From positions 192,001-256,000 of the forward strand of contig CAVPNL010000015.1 of assembly GCA_963706575.1 (NCBI GenBank): a stretch of 64,000 nt of DNA, read 5' to 3'. The notes under the pieces are model-generated. The model was not told where the DNA came from and made no database searches. It saw nothing but the letters and a program-made list of their open reading frames with translations. The first letter of the stretch is position 1, and every line of letters starts with the position of its first letter. The DNA is from an uncultured delta proteobacterium (GTDB lineage Bacteria > Desulfobacterota > Desulfobacteria > Desulfobacterales > JAHEIW01). Position numbers and translations under genes: made by a program. This document shows positions 49,210 through 59,412 of this stretch, one piece after another.

Positions 49210-50637
49210 ATGGCCCCAAACAACACCTACGATGTGATCATTGTCGGCAGTGGACCCGGCGGTTATGTGGCCGCCGTGCGCGCCGCCCAATTGGATTTGA
49301 AGGTTGCCTGTATTGAAAAAGCGCCGCGCCTGGGAGGCGTTTGTCTCAATGTCGGCTGCATTCCCAGTAAAGCCCTGCTGGACTCCAGTGAATACCTCCA
49401 TCTCGCCAAAACCCAGTTTGCCGATCACGGCATCAAAACCGGCCGCCTCAGCCTCGACCTGGCGGTGATGATGGCGCGCAAGGAAAAAGTGGTTCTGGAC
49501 CTGACGGAAAATGTCAAACGGCTGCTCGAGGGCCATAAGGTGGAAATCATTCAGGGCACCGCCCGACTGGCCGCGGCCGATCAGGTCACCGTGGAAACCC
49601 ATTCGGAGTCATCCAAAAAAAATAAAAGCACCACCTTGTCCGCCAGGGCCATTATTCTGGCCACCGGCAGCGAAACCGTGCCGTTGCCGGATCTGCCTTT
49701 TGACGGTCATCAGATTATCAGCTCGACCGACGCCTTGAAATTGGACACCGTACCCAAACACCTGGGTATCGTCGGCGGCGGCTATATCGGACTTGAGCTG
49801 GGATCGGTCTGGCTGCGACTGGGTGCCAAGGTGAGTCTGTTCGAAATGCTGCCTAAAATCGCCACCGGTCTGGACGGTCAGGTAGGGCGCAAACTGCAGC
49901 GGGTTCTCAAGCGCCAGGGGTTTAAATTTTATATGAATTCAAAAGTCACCCGGGCCAAAGCGATGGCCAAAAGCGTTAAGGTCGAGTTGGAAGCCAAAGG
50001 TAAAAAGGAAACCGTCACCTGTGACAAGTTGCTGGTGAGTGTCGGGCGCCGCCCCTTAACCCGTGATCTGGGCCTGGATCAGGTAGGAGTGGAAACCGAT
50101 CCGGAAACCGGATGTATAAAAGTGGACAGCGCCTATCGCACCAATATCCCGTCGATTTATGCGATCGGCGATTTGATTCCCGGGCCCATGCTGGCCCACA
50201 AGGCCTCAGCCGAAGGAATCGCCGTGGCTGAAATTATTGCCGGGCGTCCCGGTGAGGTCAATTACGATGCCATCCCATCAATCATTTATACCTGGCCGGA
50301 GGTGGCCAGTGTGGGGCTGACGGAAGAACAGATCAAGGAACGCGATATCCCCTATTGTTCGGGAACTTATCCTTTTACCGGCGCGGGACGGGCGCGCTGC
50401 ATGGGCGAGACGGAGGGGTTTGTCAAGGTCCTGGCTCACGAAAAAACCGATCGGATTCTGGGGGTGCATATCATCGGACCGCGGGCCGCGGATATGATTG
50501 CCGAGAGCGTACTGGCGGTTGAGCTCGGCGGCAGCTCAGAAGACATTGCCCGCACCGTGCACGGTCATCCAACATTTGCCGAGGCGCTGCAGGAAGCCGC
50601 TATGGCGGTTCAGAAGTGCTCAATTTACGCTTCATAG
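49210..50637 (+). CDS. lpdA: Dihydrolipoamide dehydrogenase E3
   Basis: GSGPGGY, GGVCLNVGCIPSK, LAHKA..EG, HPTFAE. Confidence 0.96.
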   Translation: MAPNNTYDVIIVGSGPGGYVAAVRAAQLDLKVACIEKAPRLGGVCLNVGCIPSKALLDSSEYLHLAKTQFADHGIKTGRLSLDLAVMMARKEKVVLDLTENVKRLLEGHKVEIIQGTARLAAADQVTVETHSESSKKNKSTTLSARAIILATGSETVPLPDLPFDGHQIISSTDALKLDTVPKHLGIVGGGYIGLELGSVWLRLGAKVSLFEMLPKIATGLDGQVGRKLQRVLKRQGFKFYMNSKVTRAKAMAKSVKVELEAKGKKETVTCDKLLVSVGRRPLTRDLGLDQVGVETDPETGCIKVDSAYRTNIPSIYAIGDLIPGPMLAHKASAEGIAVAEIIAGRPGEVNYDAIPSIIYTWPEVASVGLTEEQIKERDIPYCSGTYPFTGAGRARCMGETEGFVKVLAHEKTDRILGVHIIGPRAADMIAESVLAVELGGSSEDIARTVHGHPTFAEALQEAAMAVQKCSIYAS

Positions 50638-50710
50638 GTCTGAAATATCAAAAAACTTATTCGCTGGATCCCCCTAAGTTTCATTCATGCCTTATTATTA
50701 TGGGAATTTA

Positions 50711-50817
50711 AGCATAGCGCATGGCGCATAGAGCATAGCGTTTGAACAAGAAGAAACAAGGTTCTATTTTTTAACGCTATGCGCTTTGCCCTATGCTCTT
50801 TGCGCTCCGCCCTTTGC
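50711..50817. repeat. Inverted array of 7-bp repeats (GCATRGM family)
   Basis: gcatagc gcatggc gcataga gcatagc gtt ... aac gctatgc gctttgc cctatgc tctttgc. Confidence 0.85.
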
Positions 50818-50836
50818 GACTGCGAAAATTTGACAT

Positions 50837-51766
50837 CTACTCGTCGTCGCTGAAGAGCGGTGTACTGATATACCGCTCCGCCGGGCTGGGGATGATAACC
50901 ACGATGGTTTTGCCGCCGGATTCAGGGCGCTTGGCCACCTCAAGGGCCGCCTTCACCGCCGCGCCGGATGAGATGCCGCAGGCGATGCCCTCCAATTTGG
51001 CGAGCTGACGGGAAGTTTCAAAGGCGTCATCGTTGGAAACGGTCACCACGTCATCCAGCAGCGACTGGTCCAGTACATCCGGCACGAAACCGGCGCCGAT
51101 TCCCTGAATTTTATGCGGTCCTTTTTGGCCGCCGGAGAGCACCGGAGAGTCGGTGGGCTCTACCGCAATGGCCTTAAAAGCGGGTTTTCGCGGTTTGATG
51201 ACCTGCGATACACCAGTGATGGTGCCGCCGGTGCCGACACCGGCGACAAGGATGTCGACCCGGCCTTCGGTGTCGCGCCAGATTTCTTCGGCCGTTGTTT
51301 CGCGGTGAATTCTGGGATTGGCCGGATTTTTAAACTGATTCGGCATAAATGCGTCCTTTTCAGACGCCAGTATCTCCTCAGCCTTCTCAATAGATCCCGG
51401 CATGCCTTTGGCGCCGGGTGTCAAAATCAATTCCGCCCCCATATGCGTTAACAGTTTGCGTCGTTCAGTGCTCATGGTATCGGGCATGGTCAAACACAGG
51501 CGATAATTTTTAGCAGCGCAGATAAAGGCCAGCGAAATGCCCGTGTTACCGCTGGTGGGTTCGACGATGAGGGTCTTGGATGTTATGGAACCGTCTAATT
51601 CACCGGCAGCAATCATCGAGGCCGCAATACGGTCTTTGACGCTTCCCAGTGGATTGAAAAATTCCAGTTTGGCATATATTTCCGCATCCAGGCCTTCATT
51701 AATTCGATTCAGTCGAACCAGCGGCGTTGAACCGATGGTGCTGCTGACAGTGGAATGATATTTCAT
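50837..51766 (-). CDS. cysK: Cysteine synthase A
   Basis: [35 protein letters not shown]. Confidence 0.96.
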   Translation of the reverse strand: MKYHSTVSSTIGSTPLVRLNRINEGLDAEIYAKLEFFNPLGSVKDRIAASMIAAGELDGSITSKTLIVEPTSGNTGISLAFICAAKNYRLCLTMPDTMSTERRKLLTHMGAELILTPGAKGMPGSIEKAEEILASEKDAFMPNQFKNPANPRIHRETTAEEIWRDTEGRVDILVAGVGTGGTITGVSQVIKPRKPAFKAIAVEPTDSPVLSGGQKGPHKIQGIGAGFVPDVLDQSLLDDVVTVSNDDAFETSRQLAKLEGIACGISSGAAVKAALEVAKRPESGGKTIVVIIPSPAERYISTPLFSDDE

Positions 51767-51799
51767 GACTGACCTCCCTTAAAAAAAACTTCGTTTTTT

Positions 51800-52786
51800 T
51801 TAGTGTGCTGCTTTGAGGGATTGCCTTCGCTGCTTTTGCTTTTTCGATTTATAGATCAATCGCGGCGTCTCGATAACAACGGTGGTGTCCGGCGGCACCG
51901 AATCGGTCAGCCATACATTGCCCCCGATGACCGAACGCGCCCCGATAACGGTTTCACCCCCCAGAATCGTCGCTCCGGAATAGATGATGACATCATCCTC
52001 AATGTTGGGATGACGCTTCTTGCCTCTGAATTCGTCACTGCCGCCTTTGGGAATGGACAAAGCGCCCAGGGTGACCCCTTGATAAATGCGGACGTTGTCG
52101 CCAATTTCGGTGGTTTCGCCGATCACCACGCCGGTTCCATGATCAATGACAAAACGTTTCCCGATTTCAGCGCCCGGGTGAATATCGATACCGGTAATGC
52201 TGTGCGCGTATTCAGTCATAATCCGGGGCAGCAGAGGCACGCCCAGGTTCACCAGAAGATGGGCAATCCGATAAACGGTAATGGCAAATATGCCCGGATA
52301 GCTGAAAATAACCTCATCATAGCTTTTGGCAGCCGGGTCACCGTCGTAAGTAGCGCGCACATCGGCCGCCAGCGATTTTCGAAGGGCCGGAATCGCTTCT
52401 AAAAACTGAAGGGACAGCCGATATCCCTGCTCATCACATTCGCTGCAAGGTTGATCATACCGTAAACAGTCATGCCGGATGCTGCGGCAGATCTGTTCGG
52501 AGAGAAGATCAAACAGGGAAGTCGCGGATTGCCCCACGGCGTATTTCAGATTCACCGGATCAACTTTACCTCGGCTGAAATACCCCGGAAATAGGATCTC
52601 TCTGAGGAGGTTAAGGATATCGATAACGCCTTCTTTGGATGGAATCGGTTCATAATCAATGTGCGTGTAGCACTCCTGATCGCGGCAGCTCTCAACAATG
52701 CCTTCGGCAATCTCTGGCAAACGGGCTTTGATCGAGCTCAGATCCTGGAAATCTATTTTGCACTTATCTTGTTTTTTTTGTTCCAC
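51800..52786 (-). CDS. cysE: Serine O-acetyltransferase (EpsC-like long form)
   Basis: [47 protein letters not shown] start. Confidence 0.93.
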   Translation of the reverse strand: MEQKKQDKCKIDFQDLSSIKARLPEIAEGIVESCRDQECYTHIDYEPIPSKEGVIDILNLLREILFPGYFSRGKVDPVNLKYAVGQSATSLFDLLSEQICRSIRHDCLRYDQPCSECDEQGYRLSLQFLEAIPALRKSLAADVRATYDGDPAAKSYDEVIFSYPGIFAITVYRIAHLLVNLGVPLLPRIMTEYAHSITGIDIHPGAEIGKRFVIDHGTGVVIGETTEIGDNVRIYQGVTLGALSIPKGGSDEFRGKKRHPNIEDDVIIYSGATILGGETVIGARSVIGGNVWLTDSVPPDTTVVIETPRLIYKSKKQKQRRQSLKAAH

Positions 52787-52935
52787 CTTTGGCTGACCTC
52801 TTAGTTTGGTAAATGATTAAATTTAAAATAGGTTCAAGATGTTAACAAAAAAGCAAAACGGTTTTGTCCGCTCTGCTTTTTATTGTTAAATCGCTTTGCA
52901 AAAATAGGGCAAAGGCAATAAACACCGGACCGGAT

Positions 52936-53226
52936 TTAAAACTGTAAGACAGCCGCCATGGCATCTTCATATTTTTTCTTCATCTCGGTCTGGGATGCAT
53001 CGATTTCTTGTTTCTGGGGGCCGAATTCCGCAGGGCACTCGGTCTGCAGTGTATTAACAATGCGTTCGATGTCTTCAATATGTTTATGCAAATCGTCGAC
53101 CTGGGCGGAAAGTTTGTCCTTATCGGCGCCTCGAAGCTTATCGACTTTACGGACCATGTTATACATTTTCGACTTCCAGCCGTTAAGCTCTACCTCGATG
53201 GAATGACAATAATCTTTTACATCCAT
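52936..53226 (-). CDS. Hypothetical helical protein
   Basis: SD AGGAGG; own promoter candidate TTGACA-N16-TATTAT (minus, 53308-53281). Confidence 0.8.
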   Translation of the reverse strand: MDVKDYCHSIEVELNGWKSKMYNMVRKVDKLRGADKDKLSAQVDDLHKHIEDIERIVNTLQTECPAEFGPQKQEIDASQTEMKKKYEDAMAAVLQF

Positions 53227-53505
53227 AATTGCCTCCTTTCAGACACTCGGCAAGGTTCATCTCATTTACATAATATATTAATAATAAACCCGATCCCTGT
53301 CATGTCAACAAAGGGATTTAAACTACCCGATCGCCATCCGGGATTTGAGTTTGATGGGTTTTAGATGGTAAAAAAGTATGCTGCCGCATCGTATATTTTC
53401 TGCCCGAAAAAATTTTATTTTTTGCTTGACAGGGGAGTAATTTGCCGCTAATTCATACTAATCTTATATAGATTGTTTAACTCTGAAACCTGGGGGCAGT
53501 GATAA

Positions 53506-53925
53506 ATGAAACTATCCACACGAAGCCGTTACGGAACCAGAATACTGGTGGATCTGGCTCGTAATAAAGACAAGGGGCCGATCCAAATCGGCGAAATATC
53601 AAAGCGCCAGGATATTTCGGTCAAGTACCTCGAACAGCTCATCCGGCCCCTGAAAAAAGCGAAACTGGTGACCAGCGTACGTGGACCCAAGGGCGGGCAC
53701 CTGCTGGCGGAAAAGCCGGAAAATATTTCCCTGGGGCAGATTGTGCGTTTATTCGAGGGGCAATCTGATCTGGTTGAATGCGTCAGTTATCCCGAAAAAT
53801 GCCCCATGTCCGATGATTGCCAGGTTCGCCTGGCCTGGCGCGATGCCACCGAGGTCTTATATGAAAAACTGGATTCTACGACCATCTCTGATCTGATGAA
53901 TGAAAATTGCGCTGGAGAAGATTAA
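53506..53925 (+). CDS. Rrf2-family regulator with three Cys (IscR-like Fe-S ligands)
   Basis: MKLSTRSRYG, IS.KYLEQ, S.RGPKGG, C-x5-C-x5-C. Confidence 0.92.
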   Translation: MKLSTRSRYGTRILVDLARNKDKGPIQIGEISKRQDISVKYLEQLIRPLKKAKLVTSVRGPKGGHLLAEKPENISLGQIVRLFEGQSDLVECVSYPEKCPMSDDCQVRLAWRDATEVLYEKLDSTTISDLMNENCAGED

Positions 53926-54100
53926 GACCCTTGAACCGCGGATTCTTATCAGTGATTGAGCATTGCAATCATCTGTCCGGTGAATCTTTCAATTAATGCC
54001 GTATGCTGCTCGAGCATATTTAAATCAGCGAAAATAAGAAGTGTTCCAACATTTCAACATTCCAATTGGGGCGAAGCCCCTAACTTAACAGGAGGATGCC

Positions 54101-55342
54101 ATGAAAAAAATTGTCATTTTAGGATCAGGGGCCGGTGGAACGATGGTGGCCAGCCAATTGCACAGAAAATTAAACCCCAAAGAGTGGCAGATTACCATCA
54201 TCGACAATGATGAAGTCCACCATTACCAGCCGGGTTGGCTGTTTATTCCATTCGGTGTCTATTCCGCAGCAGATTGCCAAAAACCCAAGCGGGAGTTTAT
54301 CCCCGAGGGCGTTAATTTCGTGCTGGATGAGATCGTCGGACTCGACACGGATAAACGCGAGGTCAAAGCAAAAAAAGGGTCATACAATTATGATTGGCTC
54401 GTTATCGCCACCGGCTGCGGCATTGAGCCTGAAGAAGTCGAAGGCATGATGGATGACTGGCATAAAAATGTTCATGATTTTTACACCCTGGACGGCGCAC
54501 TGGCCCTGTACGAAAAGATGAAATACTTCGACAAGGGCCGGGTGGTGCTCAACATCGCCGAATTGCCGTACAAGTGCCCGGTGGCCCCAATTGAGTTTGT
54601 CTTTATGGCTGACTGGTTCTTTGAGACCAAAGGTGCCCGCGATAACGTGGAAGTTGAACTGGTCACACCCATGGCCGGTGCATTTTCAAAGCCGATTGCC
54701 TCCAGCATCCTGGGCGACATTGCGATACAAAAGAACATTAAAGTCACCCCGAATTTTGATATCGCCCAGGTCAATGCAGATGAAAAAACGATTGAATCGC
54801 ATAAGGGCGAAAAGGTGGACTATGATTTACTGGTGTCGATTCCGCCCAATTTTGGCGCCAAATTCCTGGAAGGCACCGGTCTCGAGGATCCGCTGCGATT
54901 CGTTGAAACAGATCATTTTACCCTCAAAGCCAAAAATGCCGACCATATTTTTGTTGTCGGTGATGCCACCAACGTACCGGCTTCCAAGGCCGGCGCAGTA
55001 GCCCACTATGAATCCGAAACCGTTGTCGAAAATTTAATACGTGAAATCGACGGTCAGGAACCGCACGGGACCTTTGACGGGCATGCGACCTGCTTTATCT
55101 GCTCAGGTCATGAAAAAGCGTTCTTAATTGATTTTAACTACGAATATGAGCCGCTGCCCGGTAAATTCCCCTTTCCGGGCCTGGGTCCCTTCAGCCTGCT
55201 GGGCGACAGCTATATGAATTACTGGGGCAAAATGATGTTCAAGTGGGTTTACTTTAACATGATGCTCAAGGGTGTGGAATTGCCCCTGGAACAACAAATG
55301 ACGATGGCCGGCAAAATGCGCCACGTCCTGACTCAAGCATAA
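54101..55342 (+). CDS. sqr: Sulfide:quinone oxidoreductase-like flavoprotein
   Basis: GSGAGG, HHYQPG, KCPVAP and DGHATCF catalytic Cys pair, GDA....SKAG; followed by DUF1641. Confidence 0.8.
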   Translation: MKKIVILGSGAGGTMVASQLHRKLNPKEWQITIIDNDEVHHYQPGWLFIPFGVYSAADCQKPKREFIPEGVNFVLDEIVGLDTDKREVKAKKGSYNYDWLVIATGCGIEPEEVEGMMDDWHKNVHDFYTLDGALALYEKMKYFDKGRVVLNIAELPYKCPVAPIEFVFMADWFFETKGARDNVEVELVTPMAGAFSKPIASSILGDIAIQKNIKVTPNFDIAQVNADEKTIESHKGEKVDYDLLVSIPPNFGAKFLEGTGLEDPLRFVETDHFTLKAKNADHIFVVGDATNVPASKAGAVAHYESETVVENLIREIDGQEPHGTFDGHATCFICSGHEKAFLIDFNYEYEPLPGKFPFPGLGPFSLLGDSYMNYWGKMMFKWVYFNMMLKGVELPLEQQMTMAGKMRHVLTQA

Positions 55343-55352
55343 GGAGGCCGCC

Positions 55353-56045
55353 ATGACTACCGAAGAACAAATTCTCGAGCGACTCGATCGCATCGAGGCT
55401 CAGCTGGCTCCGGTGTCTGCCTCGGCCAGGGGCCTCAATGAACTCAGAGAAGATTTAATTCCCTTGAGCGGTCAGGCATTTCGACTGCTGATCCGGGAGC
55501 TGGAAGATGTGGAGTCCGGCTTTCAGCTGGAGGACCTGCTGGGGCTGATGAAGCGCTCTTTACGCAGCGTAAAGCACCTGCAGTTCTGCCTTGAACAGCT
55601 GGAAAACATTGTGGACTTTGTGCTCACCATTGAGCCCCTGCTCAAGTCGTCGGTGCCGCAACTCATCAACTATCTGGATGACCTCGAGCAAAAAGGGGTC
55701 CTGCGAATTATTCAATCGACCCTGGATGTGCGTGCCAAGGTTGCCGCATCTTACAGTCCTGAAGATGTCGATCAAATCGGTGACGGCCTGGTCGCGCTGC
55801 TGGGACTGGCCCAAAAACTTAGCAATCCACAGGCCCAGGCCTTTTTGGGAAAAATGGCCGCATTGCCCTCAATGGTCGATCTGGATAAAGCCAAACCAAT
55901 CGGGCCTTTCGGCATGCTGGGGGCTTTAGGCAGCAAAGAGGCCCGACAGGGGCTGGGCGTGCTGATGGAATTGACCAAGGCCATGGGCGGCCTGAAAAAC
56001 GGCAACGGCAGCCCAACAGCTGAAGTGCCAGAACCGATCGCTTAA
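55353..56045 (+). CDS. DUF1641 domain protein
   Basis: C-terminal PIGPFGMLGAL...EARQGLG..ELTKAMG; typical SQR neighbour. Confidence 0.8.
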   Translation: MTTEEQILERLDRIEAQLAPVSASARGLNELREDLIPLSGQAFRLLIRELEDVESGFQLEDLLGLMKRSLRSVKHLQFCLEQLENIVDFVLTIEPLLKSSVPQLINYLDDLEQKGVLRIIQSTLDVRAKVAASYSPEDVDQIGDGLVALLGLAQKLSNPQAQAFLGKMAALPSMVDLDKAKPIGPFGMLGALGSKEARQGLGVLMELTKAMGGLKNGNGSPTAEVPEPIA

Positions 56046-56239
56046 ACACAAAGGTCGGCAGGGTGCCGCTTACCATTTTCCATTACCATTTACCATCTTG
56101 AGTACGGCACCCCGCTGATTTCACAAAAAATGCCTGCAGAGGACTGCGGGCTATTGCGGGCTAATGCCTTATCCAATAGAGCTGGTATAAAAAGCATAAA
56201 AAGAATTGGCTTAGAGCCTAGATTTGCTGGAGAAAGAAA

Positions 56240-56683
56240 ATGGAAAAACAGATGGTTCAATGTGAGGATGGGCGCCGCAGGCAGGCGCGTATTCACGGTG
56301 TTCCTAAAGAAGAAGGCGGTTTCAGGGTTTGGCAGGCCGGTGTTCGGTTAAAAGGCAAACATGTTTCCGGAGAGGCCTGGTACAGCTTTCAAACCAAAAC
56401 CTGGTATTTTATCATCGATCCGGAAGGTAAGCACAGCCACCTGATGGACCGGATCAACGATACCATCCGGGGCGAAAAGATCGGTAAGTTGAAGGACCAG
56501 CTAAAACAGCTGGAATCGCGGCAGCTCATTGAACAAAAGAAGATTGCCCAACATCAAGAAGCCCTGGAAGAAATCGAAAGCGAGATTGTAACGCTCAAAA
56601 AAGACCTCGCCAAAACCGAAAAAGGGATGCCTCTGGAATCCGGTACGTCGCTGCAATATTCCGCGGGGATTAAAAGAAACTAG
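56240..56683 (+). CDS. Hypothetical protein with C-terminal coiled coil
   Basis: SD GGAG; heptad-rich Lys/Glu/Gln C-terminus. Confidence 0.75.
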   Translation: MEKQMVQCEDGRRRQARIHGVPKEEGGFRVWQAGVRLKGKHVSGEAWYSFQTKTWYFIIDPEGKHSHLMDRINDTIRGEKIGKLKDQLKQLESRQLIEQKKIAQHQEALEEIESEIVTLKKDLAKTEKGMPLESGTSLQYSAGIKRN

Positions 56684-56923
56684 AACCCATCTCAAAAATA
56701 GGATTTTGGTTCAAGATCGCGGCGGGGCCGAGCTTTTCCAGGATAATTGGATTCCGCATCGATTTTATTATATTAAGGGGCGTCGCCCGCGTTGCTGGAC
56801 TTCCCGCCTGATTAAATCCTCTTTGTGGGTCGTAAACCGGAGGCATACTGTTGTATGTTGAGGATTTAAAGCGAGGCACCAACAAAGATATTGGGCCAAA
56901 AGACATTTTTGAGATGGGTTCTA
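56681..56923. mobile_element. MITE-like element with 19-bp perfect TIRs beginning and ending in TA
   Basis: TAGAACCCATCTCAAAAAT ... ATTTTTGAGATGGGTTCTA; the left end coincides with the TAG stop of the upstream gene. Confidence 0.75.
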
Positions 56924-56975
56924 ATAACCGCGCTGAGCGTCAGGGCATTGTGCGGATTGATCCCGTTAATAAGGG

Positions 56976-57323
56976 TTACCCCGGTTGATTCGCCAGGCCG
57001 GCGGCAACGGCCTTACCGGCAAGATCATAAGCTGAATGCGACCACATCAAAAGCGGTATCCCTTCTTCATTAGCTCGATCAATGGTCTCCTGATCGGGTG
57101 TCTGCCCCCCGGTGAGGATAATCGCGGCCATTTCATGCAATATGGCCACATTGACAATATTCTGGTGAGTTTGCACCGTAAGCCAGATGCAGCCCGTCGG
57201 CGCATTGGCCATTACGTCACTTAAAAGATCACCGCAATACCCACCTTGAATCTGCCGATCAAGCGCATTTTGCCCAGCGGCCACGTGTAAGTTAAAACGG
57301 TCTACAAATTCTTTGACATTCAC
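56976..57323 (-). CDS. DRTGG-domain protein
   Basis: GGYCGDLLSDVMA, WLTVQTH.NIV.VA; GTG start. Confidence 0.85.
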   Translation of the reverse strand: MNVKEFVDRFNLHVAAGQNALDRQIQGGYCGDLLSDVMANAPTGCIWLTVQTHQNIVNVAILHEMAAIILTGGQTPDQETIDRANEEGIPLLMWSHSAYDLAGKAVAAGLANQPG

Positions 57324-57532
57324 GGCTGAATCACCCTTTCTTTTTCAAATTTTGAAACGCTCACAATAGGTAAAATATAGTTTAGCATAATTCAAGATCT
57401 TTTTGGCGCACCGAATTGAATGCAATTGATTTGTAAGGCCCTTTTCGTTATAGTGAAAACGCAATCTTGCTAAACACATTTTTGAAAATGACCCGGGATT
57501 ACTGTATTTTTTTCCTCTAATTGAATCTGACC

Positions 57533-58624
57533 ATGGTCAAAAAAAAGAACCGCCCTGAAAATGAATCTTCATCAGCACCTACTGCTATTCCAGGCCTGAA
57601 TCTCAATCATTTGGTCGACCATCTCCCCTGCTACGTTTCCATTCAAAACCGCGACCTTCAAATCCTTTTTGTTAATGAAAATTTTAAAAGGGACTTTGGC
57701 GACGGCGTCGGCAAAAAATGCCATACCGTTTATAAGTGCTCCACGGACATATGCCCCAATTGTCCGGTACAAAAAACCTTTGAGGATCGGCGCCTTCATA
57801 TTGCCGAGGAAACCGTACAGATGGCAAATGGCAAAATCTGTCAAATTCTCATTCAAACCTCCCCTATTTTCAATAATAATGGCGACGTCACGGCCGTCAT
57901 TGAAATGGCAACCAACATCACCCAGGTAAAAATAGATCAAAAAGAGTTGGTCACCCTGGGCCAATCCATTGCCCTGTTATCACACGGCTTAAAAAACATA
58001 TTGGAGGGGCTGCAAGGCGGTGTCTATGTCGTTGATGAAGCGTTCAAAGATGGCGATATGGCACTGGCCAGAAAGGGCTGGCAAATTGTCAGCAAAAATA
58101 TTTATGGAGTTGCCGATTTTGTTAAAAATATTTTATATTCTTCTAAAAACCGGCCACTTAAATACGATCTGGCATCACCCGGCCAAATGGCCAAAGATTC
58201 ATTGGTATTATTTAAGGAAAGAGCTGCCGGAATGCATATCCGGCTGAGACATCAAATCAATCCCTATATACCGAATGTTCATTTGGATGTCGCCAGCATT
58301 GGCATGATGTTAAATAACCTGATCTGGAACGCGCTGGAAGCCTGCCTGAATGACAAGCAAAACAAAAATCATTTTGTCAGTGTCAAAACAGATTTTTTTG
58401 ACGATGATCATTTTATGTTTGAGATCACGGATAATGGCAGCGGAATGGATGAAAGGACCCAGCGCAACATCTATGAGGAATTTTTTTCAACCAAAGGCAG
58501 TGCGGGCACCGGCCTCGGCCTGGCGGTGGTGGAAAAAGTTGTCAATAAACACGGGGGCAGAATCGAGATGGCCTCAACACCGGGAAAGGGCACAAAATTC
58601 AAAGTAATTCTTAAGATAAAATAA
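57533..58624 (+). CDS. Cytoplasmic PAS sensor histidine kinase
   Basis: PAS with CHTVYKC...CPNCP; H-box SHGLKN, NLIWNA, DNGSG, FFSTK, GTGLGL. Confidence 0.92.
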   Translation: MVKKKNRPENESSSAPTAIPGLNLNHLVDHLPCYVSIQNRDLQILFVNENFKRDFGDGVGKKCHTVYKCSTDICPNCPVQKTFEDRRLHIAEETVQMANGKICQILIQTSPIFNNNGDVTAVIEMATNITQVKIDQKELVTLGQSIALLSHGLKNILEGLQGGVYVVDEAFKDGDMALARKGWQIVSKNIYGVADFVKNILYSSKNRPLKYDLASPGQMAKDSLVLFKERAAGMHIRLRHQINPYIPNVHLDVASIGMMLNNLIWNALEACLNDKQNKNHFVSVKTDFFDDDHFMFEITDNGSGMDERTQRNIYEEFFSTKGSAGTGLGLAVVEKVVNKHGGRIEMASTPGKGTKFKVILKIK

Positions 58625-58761
58625 CAGACGTGCAATCCATATATTCACTTGACGAAATGTTACAATTAATAATATCTATCATAGCGGTTAACTAGGGTAT
58701 AGCTTCAATCGGATCCGAGCCCCAAACATCATCATCATTATTATTTCAAAAGGAGAAACCC

Positions 58762-59238
58762 ATGGCAAAAAACCTCAAAATCGTTATGATCGATGACAAC
58801 ACCGATTTCCTTTTTACGATGGAAACCTTTCTTCAAAGAAATGGTTTTGAGGTGCAAACGGCTGAAGACGGTCAAAAAGGACTTGAGTTAATCAAAAAAG
58901 AGCGCCCCGACCTGATTCTACTCGACATCATGATGGAAACCCTGTTCTCTGGATTTGAAGTTTGCAAGCAGGTTCGGTCCGATGAAGACCTGAAGGATAT
59001 TCCCATCATCGGTATCTCCGCCATGGGTGATGAACTGGACATTAACTACAGCCAGTGGCCGGATTATGAATATTTCCGACCGGACACCTTTATGGAAAAA
59101 CCGGTCGACAAACAGCGGCTGCTGCAGCTGATTCCGGAAGTGATCCAGAAAGCACAGAAGCGCAAACGCAGTCCCAAGTGGAAAAAAGAAATGGAAAAAG
59201 ATTGGGCCCAAAAGGCATCTCAAAAAAAGCGGTCCTGA
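58762..59238 (+). CDS. Single-domain response regulator
   Basis: IDDN, PDLILLDIMM, ISA, EKP; basic C-terminal tail. Confidence 0.9.
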   Translation: MAKNLKIVMIDDNTDFLFTMETFLQRNGFEVQTAEDGQKGLELIKKERPDLILLDIMMETLFSGFEVCKQVRSDEDLKDIPIIGISAMGDELDINYSQWPDYEYFRPDTFMEKPVDKQRLLQLIPEVIQKAQKRKRSPKWKKEMEKDWAQKASQKKRS

Positions 59239-59412
59239 TCTCCCGGAAGGCAATAAGGCCCATTTCTGAATTTTTTTACTTTTTTTAAAAATAGCCATTT
59301 AGCAAAACTTATTTAATTTCACGGCTTAGCATATCATTCTGAACCTCCGGCTCACGCAAAATCTTGACTAAATCTTTCGAGTCTTAAAAAATCATAAGGA
59401 TATCGCCGGATA

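Noticed and set aside
52790..53475. Shared Rrf2 box upstream of cysE and rrf2
   Set aside because: Similarity too weak to support by eye.
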